A stretch of DNA of 64,000 nt from Psammoneis japonica (taxonomy: Eukaryota), in contig QPGO01000016.1 in assembly GCA_008632985.1 (NCBI GenBank), positions 716,840-780,839 of the forward strand, read 5' to 3'. Below, piece by piece: positions 24,301-36,493 of this stretch. The notes below the pieces were generated by a model. The model saw only the letters and a program-made list of their open reading frames with translations, did no database searches and was not told the origin of the DNA. Position 1 is the first letter of the stretch, and each line of letters starts with the position of its first letter. A program made the translations under genes and the position numbers.

Positions 24301-26134
24301 TCAATGGTTTCGAGCAGGAGAGAACCTCCTTTTTACGTAGTTCGGGCTACGTGGAGCAGTTTGACATTCAGAGTCCGGAGCTCACAGTTCGCGAGACTGT
24401 GGCGTTTTCTGCTCGCTTGCGTCTCGACGACACTAGCAATCCCGAGTTGAAGCCGGATGAAGAAAAGCTAAAGTTGGTCGACGGAATTTTGCAGATGCTG
24501 GAACTGACCCCCATCGAAAATGCCCAAGTCGGAACTTATGAAGAAGGCGGGCTCGCATTTGAACAGCGCAAACGCTTGGCGATCGCCGTAGAACTGGCGG
24601 GTTCTCCCTCCGTTTTGTTCCTTGACGAGGTACGCCTAACTCCTTTTCACGTGTTCTGTCTCATCTCTACTTTTTTGCTAAATCAATGCGTCCTCTTGAA
24701 ACTCTTTTCTTCGATCATTTTGTGCCTTCCAGCCGACATCTGGACTTGACGCGCGCGCGGCGGTTCTCGTCATGAGGCTTTTGAAAAGAATCGCAGACAC
24801 GGGACGCACTGTGTGTTCTACGATTCACCAGCCATCATCTGCGGTTTTCGAAATGTTTGTAAGTTATGATTTCTTTCCTCTTGGTTGTCGATTTCTTTGC
24901 GCATCCGTCTTATGCAAGTGTCGCACTCCGTTATATCTCTTTTGCAGGATGATCTGATGCTTCTCGAAACTGGAGGACGTGTCGTTTTCTTTGGCGAACT
25001 CGGAGAGAAAAGTTGCAAGCTTATTGATTACTTCGAGTCCCACGATGCAACGCCCATTGAACACGGCGAAAACCCATCGTCTTGGATGTTGAGGGTTCTT
25101 GGCAAGAGGAAGGACTGGAACCCAACCTACCTTGCTCTCCTAACTACGAATCTTTGAAAAAGGAAATAGAAGAGATCAACGCGTCCCCCGACGAGAGTAA
25201 GAAGGTTTTCTACTCCGAGCAATACCCTACGACCTGGAAGAGGCGGATGCAGTTGATGTACAAGCGCCTCATCATGATCTACATCCGATCTCCTGCGTAC
25301 AACCTCACTCGTGTGGGAATTTCGCTCTTTTATGCCTTCATCTTGGGTTCGCTGTTCATTAGTCAGTCTAGTAGCGGCGACATCTGGACAGAGAATCAAG
25401 TTGAAGGTGTTTTGGGAACAATGTTCCTATCTCTCACTGTTATGGGTGTAACTTGCATCACAATGGTGGTACCTGTGATGAAGAAAATTAGGGATGTGTT
25501 CTACAAGCATCGAGCGTCGGGCATGATTGAGCAGAGTCCCCTGGCTTTATCCCTTTCGATCGGAGAGTTCCCCTATATTTGCGTTATTGCTGTCATCTTC
25601 GGTGGTATCTACTATGCCACCGTTGGTCTCTTCAACGGTGCCGGGAGGTTCGGACTCTATTTCGTGTTTTTCGCGCTCAATCTTGCCACCTATACGTATT
25701 TGGGACAGTCTTTCATGTGTCTCGTTAAAGACACTACTACCGCCGGGGCGCTTATGGGTGCATTGATTGGTTACAATGTGTTCTTCTCAGGCTTTGTTGT
25801 GAGACCTCAGTACTTTGTGGGCCCGTTTCAGATTGGATACTGGACGGCTCCTGGACGCTTTGCCTACGAAGGCTTGGTCGTTTCGCAGTTCACTGACGTC
25901 GAGGAAGTCATTGAGGCGTCTCCTGGAAGTCCGTACTTCTTCAACAAAGGGTGTACTCTTAATCAAACCCAACCTTGTTTGGGCAACATTGATGAATACG
26001 TTGGTTTCTCGTTTGGCGGTAGGTTCAACAATGACAATTTCTGGATTGATCTTGGAGGCCTGATAGGCTACACTGTTTTGGCTTGGGCTTTGACGGCGTT
26101 TGCCTTGAAGAAATTTAACTATGTGAATACGTAA
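21310..26134 (+). CDS. Full-size ABCG (PDR-type) transporter, NBD-TMD-NBD-TMD
   Basis: [42 protein letters not shown]. Introns 21950-22027, 22144-22230, 24137-24220, 24630-24732, 24859-24947; 1-bp frameshifts ~22295 and ~25135. Confidence 0.93.
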
Positions 26135-26908
26135 TGCGGCTGTGGCAATTCAGCAACATCTTGAATCCGTGATGAGGTGAAATTGGATAGTACTTGCAGG
26201 AAGAAAATAAATTAGTATTTGTGAATATGTACCAAAAGCTCATTGAAGATTGACACGGTACCCGTATCGGCACTTCGGTTTTTCACGAGAAAGTACCGAA
26301 GGTCTTCAGAGCCACTCCATTGTCTACCTATGGTGGGCTCTGCCGGTGCATACGTGCTACCGGTACTAGCTAGTTTGTATTTTCATCCTTAGACCCTCAC
26401 CAGAGGAGTCGTCACAGCCGATGGATGAACCGCCCTAGGACTCTGCAACATGAGCCCCTTATTGTTAATGGTACTTTTGAGGCACAGGAACAAGATACCC
26501 TCGCTACCATACCGGAGACCAGGAGAAAGAGGAGAAAAGAGAAAATAGAATTAGCAGTGGCACAGGCGGAAAATGACACCGTCCCTCCGCCGCCTCTCCG
26601 AATTTCGGTGAGCAGCAGTTTGCGAATCATACATCTCTCTGCTCTCTACTCTCTACTCTAGCTACTACTCTAGCTAGTAGTAGTAGCTACTCTCTCTAGC
26701 TAGCTAGAGGGCCCCTACCTTGGACCTTCGCTACTACGAGCTCTCTACTCTCGGGGGCTCTTCTCTACTAGCTAGGGCCCTTAGTATTTTTTTGCTGTTG
26801 GAATAGCACTGGCATTAGGTAGTTTGGCATTTTATTCTTTAGCTAGTAGTCGGCCTGAGCATACCTTGGGTTTTCATTTTTGGTCTTCTTCTAATCTTCC
26901 TGTCCTGT

Positions 26909-27206
26909 CCATTGTACCTTTAGATTAGAAAAAAGAACTTTTTGTCAATCCATCACCGGCACCATGATTTTCAACGCTAGCCAGCCAATCACATCGGTTT
27001 TTGTTGTTGAAGGAGCTCCGGGTTTACTTTTCATGTAATCTACAGCACCGCATCTTGTATCGATGTGAGTCCCATTGTACCTTTAGATTAAAAAAGAACT
27101 TTTTGTCAATCCATCACCGGCACCATGATTTTCAACGCTAGCCAGCCAATCACATCGGTTTTTGTTGATGTAATCTACAGCACCGCATCTTGTATCTATG
27201 TGAGTC
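26909..27206. repeat. Tandem duplication (26909-27071 / 27072-27206)
   Basis: Both copies run CCATTGTACCTTTAGATT...GTGAGTC; the first carries an extra ~27-bp insert. Confidence 0.9.
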
Positions 27207-30200
27207 ACTCGTCGGAAAAATTGGTGAGTAAAGTCGAGGATAAAACCTTTGGACCGTTCGCTCCATTCAGGGGGGCATGAACAACACTTCAACAATGTCC
27301 AAGGTTTGTGCAAGTTCATATGAAATGAAAGAGAGAAAATGCTTACAAGTCAAATTCGAGTGCCGCACGTAGACCTTGTCGCTTTCTAAACTGAAGCATT
27401 TAGTTTTTATACACATCTAATTAGTCTTGGGCTTTCCCTCGACCTCGTATCCTGGCAATAACGTATCGACTCAGTTCTTGAGAATCGCCAGACGCTCCCC
27501 AAGAAACAAATCCCCCCTACCTGGTAGGGCTACAGTACATACGCTGTAGTCGGATTCATCACCTGGAAGAAGTAGCTTGCGGAACCGGTCTTGGAACTGT
27601 AGATCTTGGTGCAACGTGGTTATTGATCGTCATCTTCGGAGCTTCGCCTTGCTTTCTCGGTACGTGGTAGTGTTTGACAAATTCTCGTCGTTCACGGACA
27701 AGTCCCAAAGATCCAAACATTGTGCACGTAGTGCTTTCAATAAACGCTTTGAATAATCAAGTAATGAAACAAACAGAAGTGCAGACAGCCCTTTATTTGT
27801 TCGGAAGATTAAGCAACAGAGAAATTCTCAGAAGAATCGTGTTCCTCTGCTGGCAGTTCTGTTTTTGTGAGCAGTTGCCAGATACCGGTAGATGATCAAG
27901 ATCGCGCAAACCCCGCATGACATGGGCGAGAAAAATAGCTTTGAAAATGCATCGAAAGAGAGTGGTTACAGCGAAAGCGGTACAAATTCTACGAGGGCTA
28001 GTTGAATAATTATATCTTCTATGGATTCTAATAAGATGAATTTTGACACTGCGACGCAATGAATGTGTATCAGGTGTACAGTCCGGTATGCGTCTGAGTG
28101 AAGCGCAAGTTGACGCAACTCAGGCAGCAGCAGTTTTCTGATTCCACGTCAGCAAAAACGATCACGCAACAATGCGTTGTAGTTTCCGCCGCACTGTACA
28201 CCACTTGAAGAAATGCTGCATGACGAAGCATTTTCTTGAAACTGCCACAGATTTCACCCTCTGGGCAAGTTGCTCAAAAGCTTTCCTGTGTGTGGGTGGG
28301 CAAAAGTGTGTGTGCGGCGTGTCATCGACAATGTTCAGGGTGGTGCAGCAGAGCCCAACACACGCAGAAAGAGCACGTCATGCTGATGTGAGATGTGCTG
28401 CCTTGGTGTGATTGGCAGAACCTCATCGGAACTTGGGCTCACATGAGAAGCAAAGTTGGCTGGCTTCAGGTCAAAACACAAGATCACACTGCCATGTCAT
28501 CCTTTGTGCAAATGAACGCGAGCACCTGTGGCAGCATTGCAGCATCATCTCCAAGTGACGGACGGCTCTGCCAGCTCATCCTCCACACACCATTCCATGT
28601 GTGCTCCTTCCCAGTGCATGCCGCAGCATCAGCCATGCCTTCTTTTCTGTCCAGCCATGCGCCCCCCCACCCCCTGTTTTGGTGGTTTTGTTTTGCGCAC
28701 AGAATGGCAAAAAACATGGGGAGCCATTTTTTGCCAGCTTGGCATGCAAAGCAGCACAGCAGCCACTGGTTTGGCTGCATGATCGCACTGCCAAGTGTGC
28801 AGAGCAACAAGAACCCAAAGTTTTTCTGTGTGTGTGTGCACTCAACATTTGCCACCACTTGCAAACCCTGCAGTCAATCAAATGTGCTCCATGCTGTTTG
28901 AGAACACAAGCTTTGGCAGCTGTGGTGTGGAGCCCACAACAAGACTTTGAGAAATGTCGTTTTTGTCTTGCTGGAAATTGCACATTTTCAAGCCCTTTTT
29001 GCTTAAAAACTCCCTCCACTGTGACAGTGTGCTGAAAGTTCCACAAGGCAAGAGTGTCCACTCCTGCTTTTTTTCACCCCCGCCAGCAGCCAGCTCTCAT
29101 GCGCAGAGTTGTTCTTGGCTGGGGGGTGCGCAGAAATTTTGGAGGCATCTGCTGCTGATGCACCACCTGAGCTCTCATCTACAAACAGTTGCTTTCTCTC
29201 AAATGCAAAATGGTGATTAAACTGGTGCAGGAGCTGCACCCACCTGCCTTCATTTGGTGGCGCCAAAGGCAGGGCATCCAGCCACATGCCATCTGTGCGC
29301 ATGTGGAAGAATCAGCCCACACAGATGTGTTGGCAGGTTGGTGAGTTTAATGAGCAGCAGAAAAAATGAGTGCAGTGCAACTCAAGTCACTCACTCTGGT
29401 CAGCTTGGGGGGGGGGGGGGGGGCATGCACACCAGGGAGTCATTGGACGGAACAGGCTCAGACCCAGCCAGATGTGACGAGAACAAGAAAAAGTGTGCTT
29501 GGGGCACAAGCCCAGAAACCCATCACCATCCTCAGCTGGTGCAACTCCAATGAAGAAAACACACAGTTGAGCCCCTTGAGTTTGGGTTGCAGCACACAAT
29601 GGCTGGCAGAGCTCAAGGAGCTGGGCTGGAATCCTGATGTGTCAGAAGCCTCACCTTGTTCATGTTGGCCACACTGTGGGCCTCGTTGTCTTCTCCAGTG
29701 TGGCTGTTTGGTGAGTTCATGAACCTGGATGTTAGCCACCTGTTTTGTCACATCACAGCACAAGTCAGCATTTCATGGAGCTGTCCTTGTCAAATGGGGT
29801 GGTTGTCACAACAATTGGGAGGGAACAAAGTGATGTCCCTCGCTTGCAGTTGTTTTGTGCCCAACTCATCACCAACTCCAGCACACTGTGGAGTGCTTCA
29901 AAACTTCAACTTTCCTTTTTTGACCAATGAAAGCACTGCATTTTTGAGTGCACAGGTGCATGTGTGCAGCTTGTGTGTGGTGTTGTGCATGAGATTGTGG
30001 GCCAATCACTTTGTGCACTGCTTTTTAAAAGGTCAGAGACTTGGAGGGCAAATGCACAAACATGGCGCAAGGGGGCATGGTGTGCATGTGTGAACAACCA
30101 CACCATTGCACTGGAGGCAATGGCACCCAATCTCACAACACACAAGTTTGCCACTTGCTGAACATTTCTGGCAAAGCTGGCACTGGGTGCCATGGCAGGG

Positions 30201-31726
30201 AGGGGGCATGAGAAGCATTGTTGCACCACTTGTCTGGGGGGAGAGAGGAGCAGCATGTCAGTGACAAATGCAGCAAAAAGAGAACAATGAGAAGATGCAG
30301 GAAAGAGATGTGGTGGTTGCTTTGGAGACATTCTGCAAGAGCTTGTGCATGGACTCTGCAAGTTTCCAAACAAAAACATCCCTGAGAGGAGCCACATGTG
30401 AGTGCATGAGAGAGATTGACATGATGGCAATGGGGGGCACACAAAACATTTTGCAACACAAACTGATGCCAGCAAATGCAGGGTTGGTGAAAAAGGGTGA
30501 GGTGTGCTGGCCAACCAAAAACAAAGGCACAATGATGTGTGCAATGAACTTGAGCACAAACAGCCACCACTGCACAACAAGCAACATGAAAGCCCGCAAA
30601 CAACAGCACATGACAAATTTGAGATCACATCAACAAATTTTCTGTTGCAAAATTGTGCCAGACACATGGGCAGCAGAAAGGGTTGTGATGTGCTGGAGAG
30701 CACCAACAATCACAAAAAGATGGCACTGTGGAGATCAAGTTTTGGAAGGCATGGAAAACATCATGAGCTTGCACTCTCACACTTCTTGCACCACTTTCTG
30801 CCAGTCATTGTCAGAAAAATGCTTGGAAGAACATGATTGAGGGCTGAGTGTGAAGCTGAGCAAGCTTGCAATGGGAAGCAATGCAAGGAGTTTGCTCAGC
30901 TGGCACAACTGGCAAAAACAAGTTTTTTTTGTTTGTGTGTGCAGAAAATAAAAAAAGAGCTGAGGGAGGCTCACAACACACTGGGGGTGAGCTCCAGAGA
31001 CCAAGCACAGCACACCAGAAAAGGGAAACGAGCAAGAAGAAAGCATCGGAGGGTTTGATGAAAAAAGGGCTGGCCAGGTGTGGGGAGATGGGAAAGCAGC
31101 AGGCTGTGGCCAGAAAAAGAGGTGACAACAAAATTTGGTTGTGACAGTTCTGCCAATTGTTTGCAAGCTGCAGAAAGTTTGTCACCTTCAGGAGTGTAGA
31201 ACAGCTGCCAAAAATGACAATGACAGCAACAATTGCTTTGATGCCCCAGGGGCATGTGGGGGACAGGCCGCATCACAGTGCAGGCAGGGCCACACAGCAT
31301 GACACTGCTCCTCAGCATCTCAGAAACAATGAAACAAGAACAAATTAGAGTGCAGCACACACCAATGCAAGCCAGCGCAGCATGTGTTGTGGGGCATCAA
31401 GAGACTGAGCCCACACTGCTGCAAAAATGAGTTGTGTGCAGTGGCCGTGTGAGCATTGTTTTCTGCACAAACATGAGTGTGCTCAGGCAGCCAGGCTGTG
31501 GCCCAAATGATGTGGACAACCCAGCCATTTGGAAGAGAGAAGAGAGAAGAGATTGCCACATGGGAGCCTGTGGCACAACCCGTGTTGCTGTTTGTGACAG
31601 CATGTGCAGATGTGCAGGTCTCTGAATCAGCCAAAACACACTTGCTTCACTCTGGCAGCACAGAGAACCCCTGCATTGTTTGGGGGTGTGCCGGACTCAA
31701 AAAACATTGTCCCCCTCCGAGTGTTG

Positions 31727-34700
31727 GAATGTCAAGATGAGAGACCCAGATGTCACATCATGTCACCTGGATCAATTGAATGAGAAGGAGATGTTGACTC
31801 TGATGTGGTTGGCTGATGTGATCTTTTTCAATGAGATCACAACCATCAACACATTCTTTGCATGTGTTTCATTCTCTCACTCTTTGGAGTGAATCATTTG
31901 CTTTGCACAATTGTCAGTTGGCATCAAGAGGCACTTGTTGCTTTGGCAATTGTGCAGTTTGCACTGATGCCAAGGCAAACCACAGCCATTGTAGACTGCC
32001 GGGGCAAGCGCAACAAGCAGCTCAGGAAACCTTGCAGGATTCCCTTTTGGAGACATGGATTTGGTGCCAGTTCAACATTCACTCCAAAGAGTCAGGAGCG
32101 CTGCACTTGGCACTCATTTGCTTCAAGATTGCTGCCAACAAAAAGACATCAGAACACCTGCACAATGAGTGGCAGAGGAGGTGGCAGGATGAGCTGTCAA
32201 GGCCAAGGACAATGAAAAGGTGAAGGCCAGTGCCAAGAAACACTTTCAGTCTAAGATGAAGTTCTGTCCTTCATCACTGAACAGCTTTTCCTGCAATGTG
32301 ACATTTGAGGAAACCAAAGAAAAGATCACTCACTGCATGCAGAAGGAGTGCAGCCAAGGGTTGCACCTGGTGACATCCACAGAAGAAATGAACCACAAAG
32401 ACTTCATTGGACAGAGGCCCATGTGTGAAGGATCTAAGATTGTTCTGCCAGGTGTGAGCAACCCCAATTGCCAAGAACAACTGATGAAGAAGGCCAACAA
32501 AGAAAAAAGTGTGGATGGACACCCAACACAAGACAGACTTCAATGAATGGCACAAAAAGGCCAAAAAGTTCAAAGAGAACAAGACTGCTGCATTTGCCAA
32601 GCTCCTGGATGACTGCTGTTCAAAACAGATGAAACAAAGACTGCAAGAAGACCCCAACTTCAAGAACACCATCAGAGACAATCAAGCTGCACTGCTGAAA
32701 CCAATGCAAACCCTTGCACTTGACTCTGTGAGAGGTTGACACCCACTCCATGCACTCACAAAGGCATGGTGCACAAGACTTCTTAGAGAACCTGCCAATG
32801 ACAATTGGGGCAAGCCAGTCCATTGCATCAAGTGCCTGAGCCGAACAAGAAACGAAGTTGCTGTGCTGAGTGTGAAAGACCTCTGAATCATCAAGTGATG
32901 TGTGGACACATTGTTTGCAGTGCACCCTGATTTCAAGAGCCATGCCAGAGGTGCAATGACCATGGGTGCAAACACCCAAAGCAGCACTGAAGCTGAGTCA
33001 GCTGGAGTTGACAATGCAGTGACCATGACACCATGGACCAAGTTGTTCACAGAGCACCAAGGACACCCAATTGACACTGACATCCTGCATCAGGAAAACA
33101 AGAGTGCCATCATCCACTGGAGACAAATGGGTGTTGTCAAGAGAGCAAGAAAATGGTCTGGGCTGCTCAACATTGTTTTTTTGCAATGGATCAGATTGAG
33201 AAGGTCAACCCAGGCAGGGTGCAAGTCCAATGGATGACATGTTGGAGGACTTAATTGCCAAGCCACTGCAGGACAAGAAGCTCTGCAAGTTCAAGTGAGC
33301 CATTGTGGGCTGCCAAAGAGAAGGTGAGCATGAAGGGTGCGCAAGCTGTTTGTGATGTCAGACCAGAGTTTGGACACATGTGGGTGAAAGATCCCTGCAC
33401 CCAATGGTTGTGGTGAGCCAAGTGTTCAACAAACCACAAATTTGCTTTCAGATGAACCATGATGTCCATGAGAAGAGTGCCCACCCATCCTGATGATGAC
33501 CCAGGACACGTCAGTGAGGGGACAGAGCCACGTGACACTTGCTTGCAATGGTGGCGCCAAGACATTGTTGGGACAAGTTCAAGAGGCCAATTGAAATGTT
33601 GGAGGAAAGGAGAATGGAAACTGCAAATCAAGATTGCAAGATGGTGGTGGAAAAACACTGCAGACATGATGAGAATGGATTCATGCCAAGGCCTGTGGAT
33701 CCAATTGTCTTGCATGAAATGATCAACATGAGATCATTGATGTTGGAGTTGGAGAAGGATGGAAACAACATCTGGGACCATTTCAACAGTGTGAAAGATG
33801 AGTGCATGGAAGAGCTTGAAGACAAATGGCTGGCACAAGCTGTGGGCAGAGAGGCTTGAAACAGGGCCTGTTGTGTGCAAAGTCTGGAAGAAATGGTCTG
33901 GTGCAGCTCATCAATGTGTGTCTGCTGCTGCACCAATGATTTCCATGTTTGGTGAAGGAAGCACAGTGTTGCATGAGACAATGGAACATGCAAAGGCAGC
34001 ACACAAAGCCAAGGAGGATTGGCAAATCATTGGGACACACACCACAATCCAAGGTTTCAAATGTTGCAATGAGGGTGACAAGGTGGATTGTCCTGACAAG
34101 TGTGCAGTGAGGAGATGACAGCAGGGTTCAGAGGCAATGAGTTTGGCTTGCCCTTGACAAGAAAGACATTGACCTTGCATGGAAATGGTTGCTCACAAGG
34201 GGTTCACATGACTGAGTCATCAAAATGAAATGACACAATGGTGGTTTGGCAACAGACAACTGTGGACGAGTTGTTTGTGACACTTTGAAGTTGGTGTGGT
34301 TTTTCCATCAAAAAGTTGTTAAAGTGAAGCCTGTGCTGAAATGGGCGCTTGTTATGAAATGGAGTTTTGCCATCTGCAGCCCTGGAGAACCAATGAGTGG
34401 GTGTTGGATGCAATCAACAACGTGGGTCAATGCAGTGAGGGGAAGTGCAAGAGAAGGTTTGTCACGTTTGTGTGAAGAGTTTTGTTGATCAAGTTGACAA
34501 CACTGCAAATGAGTTTCATGTGATGCTTCACCTTGAGAGTTGTGGTCCCAACTGGGAATTCATGACATTGTGTGAACTGTTGGACAGCAACAACATTGAC
34601 ACTCCCATCGAATTAGAAGTGATTGTGCCAAGGGGCAATGCTGAGCCCAGTTGTGTGATTGTGAAACCAGCAGACATCAGATCATCAACATTTGAGTGGC

Positions 34701-35056
34701 GTGAGTGAGTCAGAATGTCAAGACAAGAGACCTGGATGTCATGCTGTGTGACCCAGATCAATTGAATGAGAAGGATGTTGATCATGGAGTGGTGTCGGCT
34801 GATGTGATCTTCTTTGATGAGATCACAACCGTGAGCACATTCTTTGCATGCATTTTGTTCTTCTCGCTCTCTGGAGTGAATCATTTGGTTTGCATGACTC
34901 CTGTCAGTTGGCATCAAGAGGCACCTGTCATTTTGGCAGTCGCGCAGTTTGCGCTGATGCCAAGGAAAGCCACAGCCATTGCAGACTGCCAAGACAAGTG
35001 TGACGAGCAACTCTCAGACAGGGGGGAGACATTGCAGGATTCCCTTTTGGAGACAT
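31727..35056 (+). repeat. Dispersed direct repeat: copy A 31727-32056, copy B 34713-35056
   Basis: Alignable from GAATGTCAAGA to GGATTCCCTTTTGGAGACAT; differences are dominated by transitions. Confidence 0.9.
32200..33320 (+). pseudogene. Internally deleted Ty1/Copia (CoDi-like) relic: gag fragment joined to RT/RNase H end
   Basis: gag-like FKENKTAAFAKLLDDCCSKQMKQRLQEDPNF..IRD; RNase H IIK*CVDTLFAVHPDFKSH, SSTEAE..GVD, WTKLF, ILHQENKSAI. Confidence 0.85.
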
Positions 35057-35682
35057 TGACTTGCCGGCTCAACACTGTGGCAATGGGCAGAAGAGATGGC
35101 TGCAAAAGAAGAGAAAAATGGGAGGATGGAAAAGTTTAACAAAACCCAGCTGGTGCAAGGTTGCTGTGTTTGATGAGATTGAGAACAGAGACAAAGTGTT
35201 CCGGCAGAGCAGGGTGGAAGAGGGCAAGCTGAGAAAAAGAGCTGGCCGCCAATTTTGCTGTGCTGAAAGAACTCTGTACGGTAGAGAGAGAGCGGGGTGG
35301 AAGAGGCTGGGGGTCTGCAGCGAGCCCAGCACTGGGGAGACAGTGGTCTGGCTGCAAGTTATTGTTCATCATCATGATTGACTCAAGGATTGACACCTCA
35401 GCCCCAAAAGTTTCAGTCGTGAGGTTGGGTTGCGGGAACAAAACGAAGCATTATCGTGCGTGCGTGACCACGTCACAAGAAAACACTCGGGACCGACGCA
35501 AGAAGCCATCGTGTCTTCTCTTCAGATCGCCTCATATTGTAACATCATCTCTTGGAAAACCCTCGACGCACATCACTGTACAGATATACTCGTTACAAAT
35601 CGCACTCCCTGGTGCCAGTCTTCCTTGCATACGAAAATTACGTTGATCATAGCTGTTGCTCTCTTCAGAAAGCGAAAATACG

Positions 35683-36252
35683 ATGGGAAATTCTTCATCG
35701 TCTTCACTCCCAGCACTTCAAACAGCAGCGAGCTGTGACACTGCCAAATTCATGGGAACATGGTTTGTAATTGGAGTCAAGCCAACCTTGTTAGAAAAGA
35801 CATGTTCCAACGCAGTAGAGCGATACTCCATGACGGAAGGGAAAGGACACGACATTGATATTGACTTTACATTCAACACAGACAAGCCACTCGAGTCTCG
35901 CGTTAAATCAATGCCACAGAAGGGGTGGGTCCAAGGAGACAAGAAGAATAGCGCCAACTGGAAAGTGTCGCCTTCGTGGCCATTGAAACTTCCGTATCTC
36001 ATTTTAGATGTGAAAGAGGACGAGTACGTCGTGATCGGATATCCGTCCAGGAGTTACTGTTGGATCATGGGACGAAAACCTCAAATGCCGGACGAAAAGT
36101 ACAACAAACTCCTAGAAGACTTGCAAGAAAAGCATCAGTATGATCTTAATGGGTTGAGAAAGGTGCCGCAAGTGTGGACAAAACAAGAGCGAGAAAAGCG
36201 GGGACTGACGTCAAAGGAAATCCCCGACAGCATGTTGACAACGTTGAATTAA
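35683..36252 (+). CDS. Lipocalin (Blc/ApoD-like), possibly N-myristoylated
   Basis: KFMGTWFVI (SCR1), PYLILD, YCWIMGRKP (SCR3); MGNSSS start. Confidence 0.9.
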   Translation: MGNSSSSSLPALQTAASCDTAKFMGTWFVIGVKPTLLEKTCSNAVERYSMTEGKGHDIDIDFTFNTDKPLESRVKSMPQKGWVQGDKKNSANWKVSPSWPLKLPYLILDVKEDEYVVIGYPSRSYCWIMGRKPQMPDEKYNKLLEDLQEKHQYDLNGLRKVPQVWTKQEREKRGLTSKEIPDSMLTTLN

Positions 36253-36493
36253 ACATTGCTCAGGAGCGAGGTCTTGTGTGTAACACAATAAGTTTCTATT
36301 TATACGTGAAAATGACTCCATACGAGAACAAGTAAGGAAATCGCAGATAAGCATGGCCAAGGAGATTCTAAGTGCTTTGACTTAACTTGCAGTGTTCATA
36401 CATGACGATTCTTCCTTGCTATGCTTCGAATAAGTTTGTCCATATTGTGTTTTATCAACCTAGCTGTGAAGCTACTGGTAATGTCTACAAGAG

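Larger units (their letters stand above)
28150..35430. mobile_element. Block of nested, hypermutated transposon relics
   Basis: Extreme TA and CG depletion; contains Copia remnants and a duplicated ~330-bp segment. Confidence 0.8.

Noticed and set aside
28150..35430. Dense overlapping Cys/His-rich ORFs in all six frames (also in the other TpA-poor blocks)
   Set aside because: By-product of TAA/TAG stop loss and TG/CA excess; not metal-binding proteins or overlapping genes
28150..35430. Classical fungal RIP or simple CpG methylation decay as the full explanation
   Set aside because: RIP increases TpA; CpG decay cannot remove TpA or turn Tyr into Cys/His
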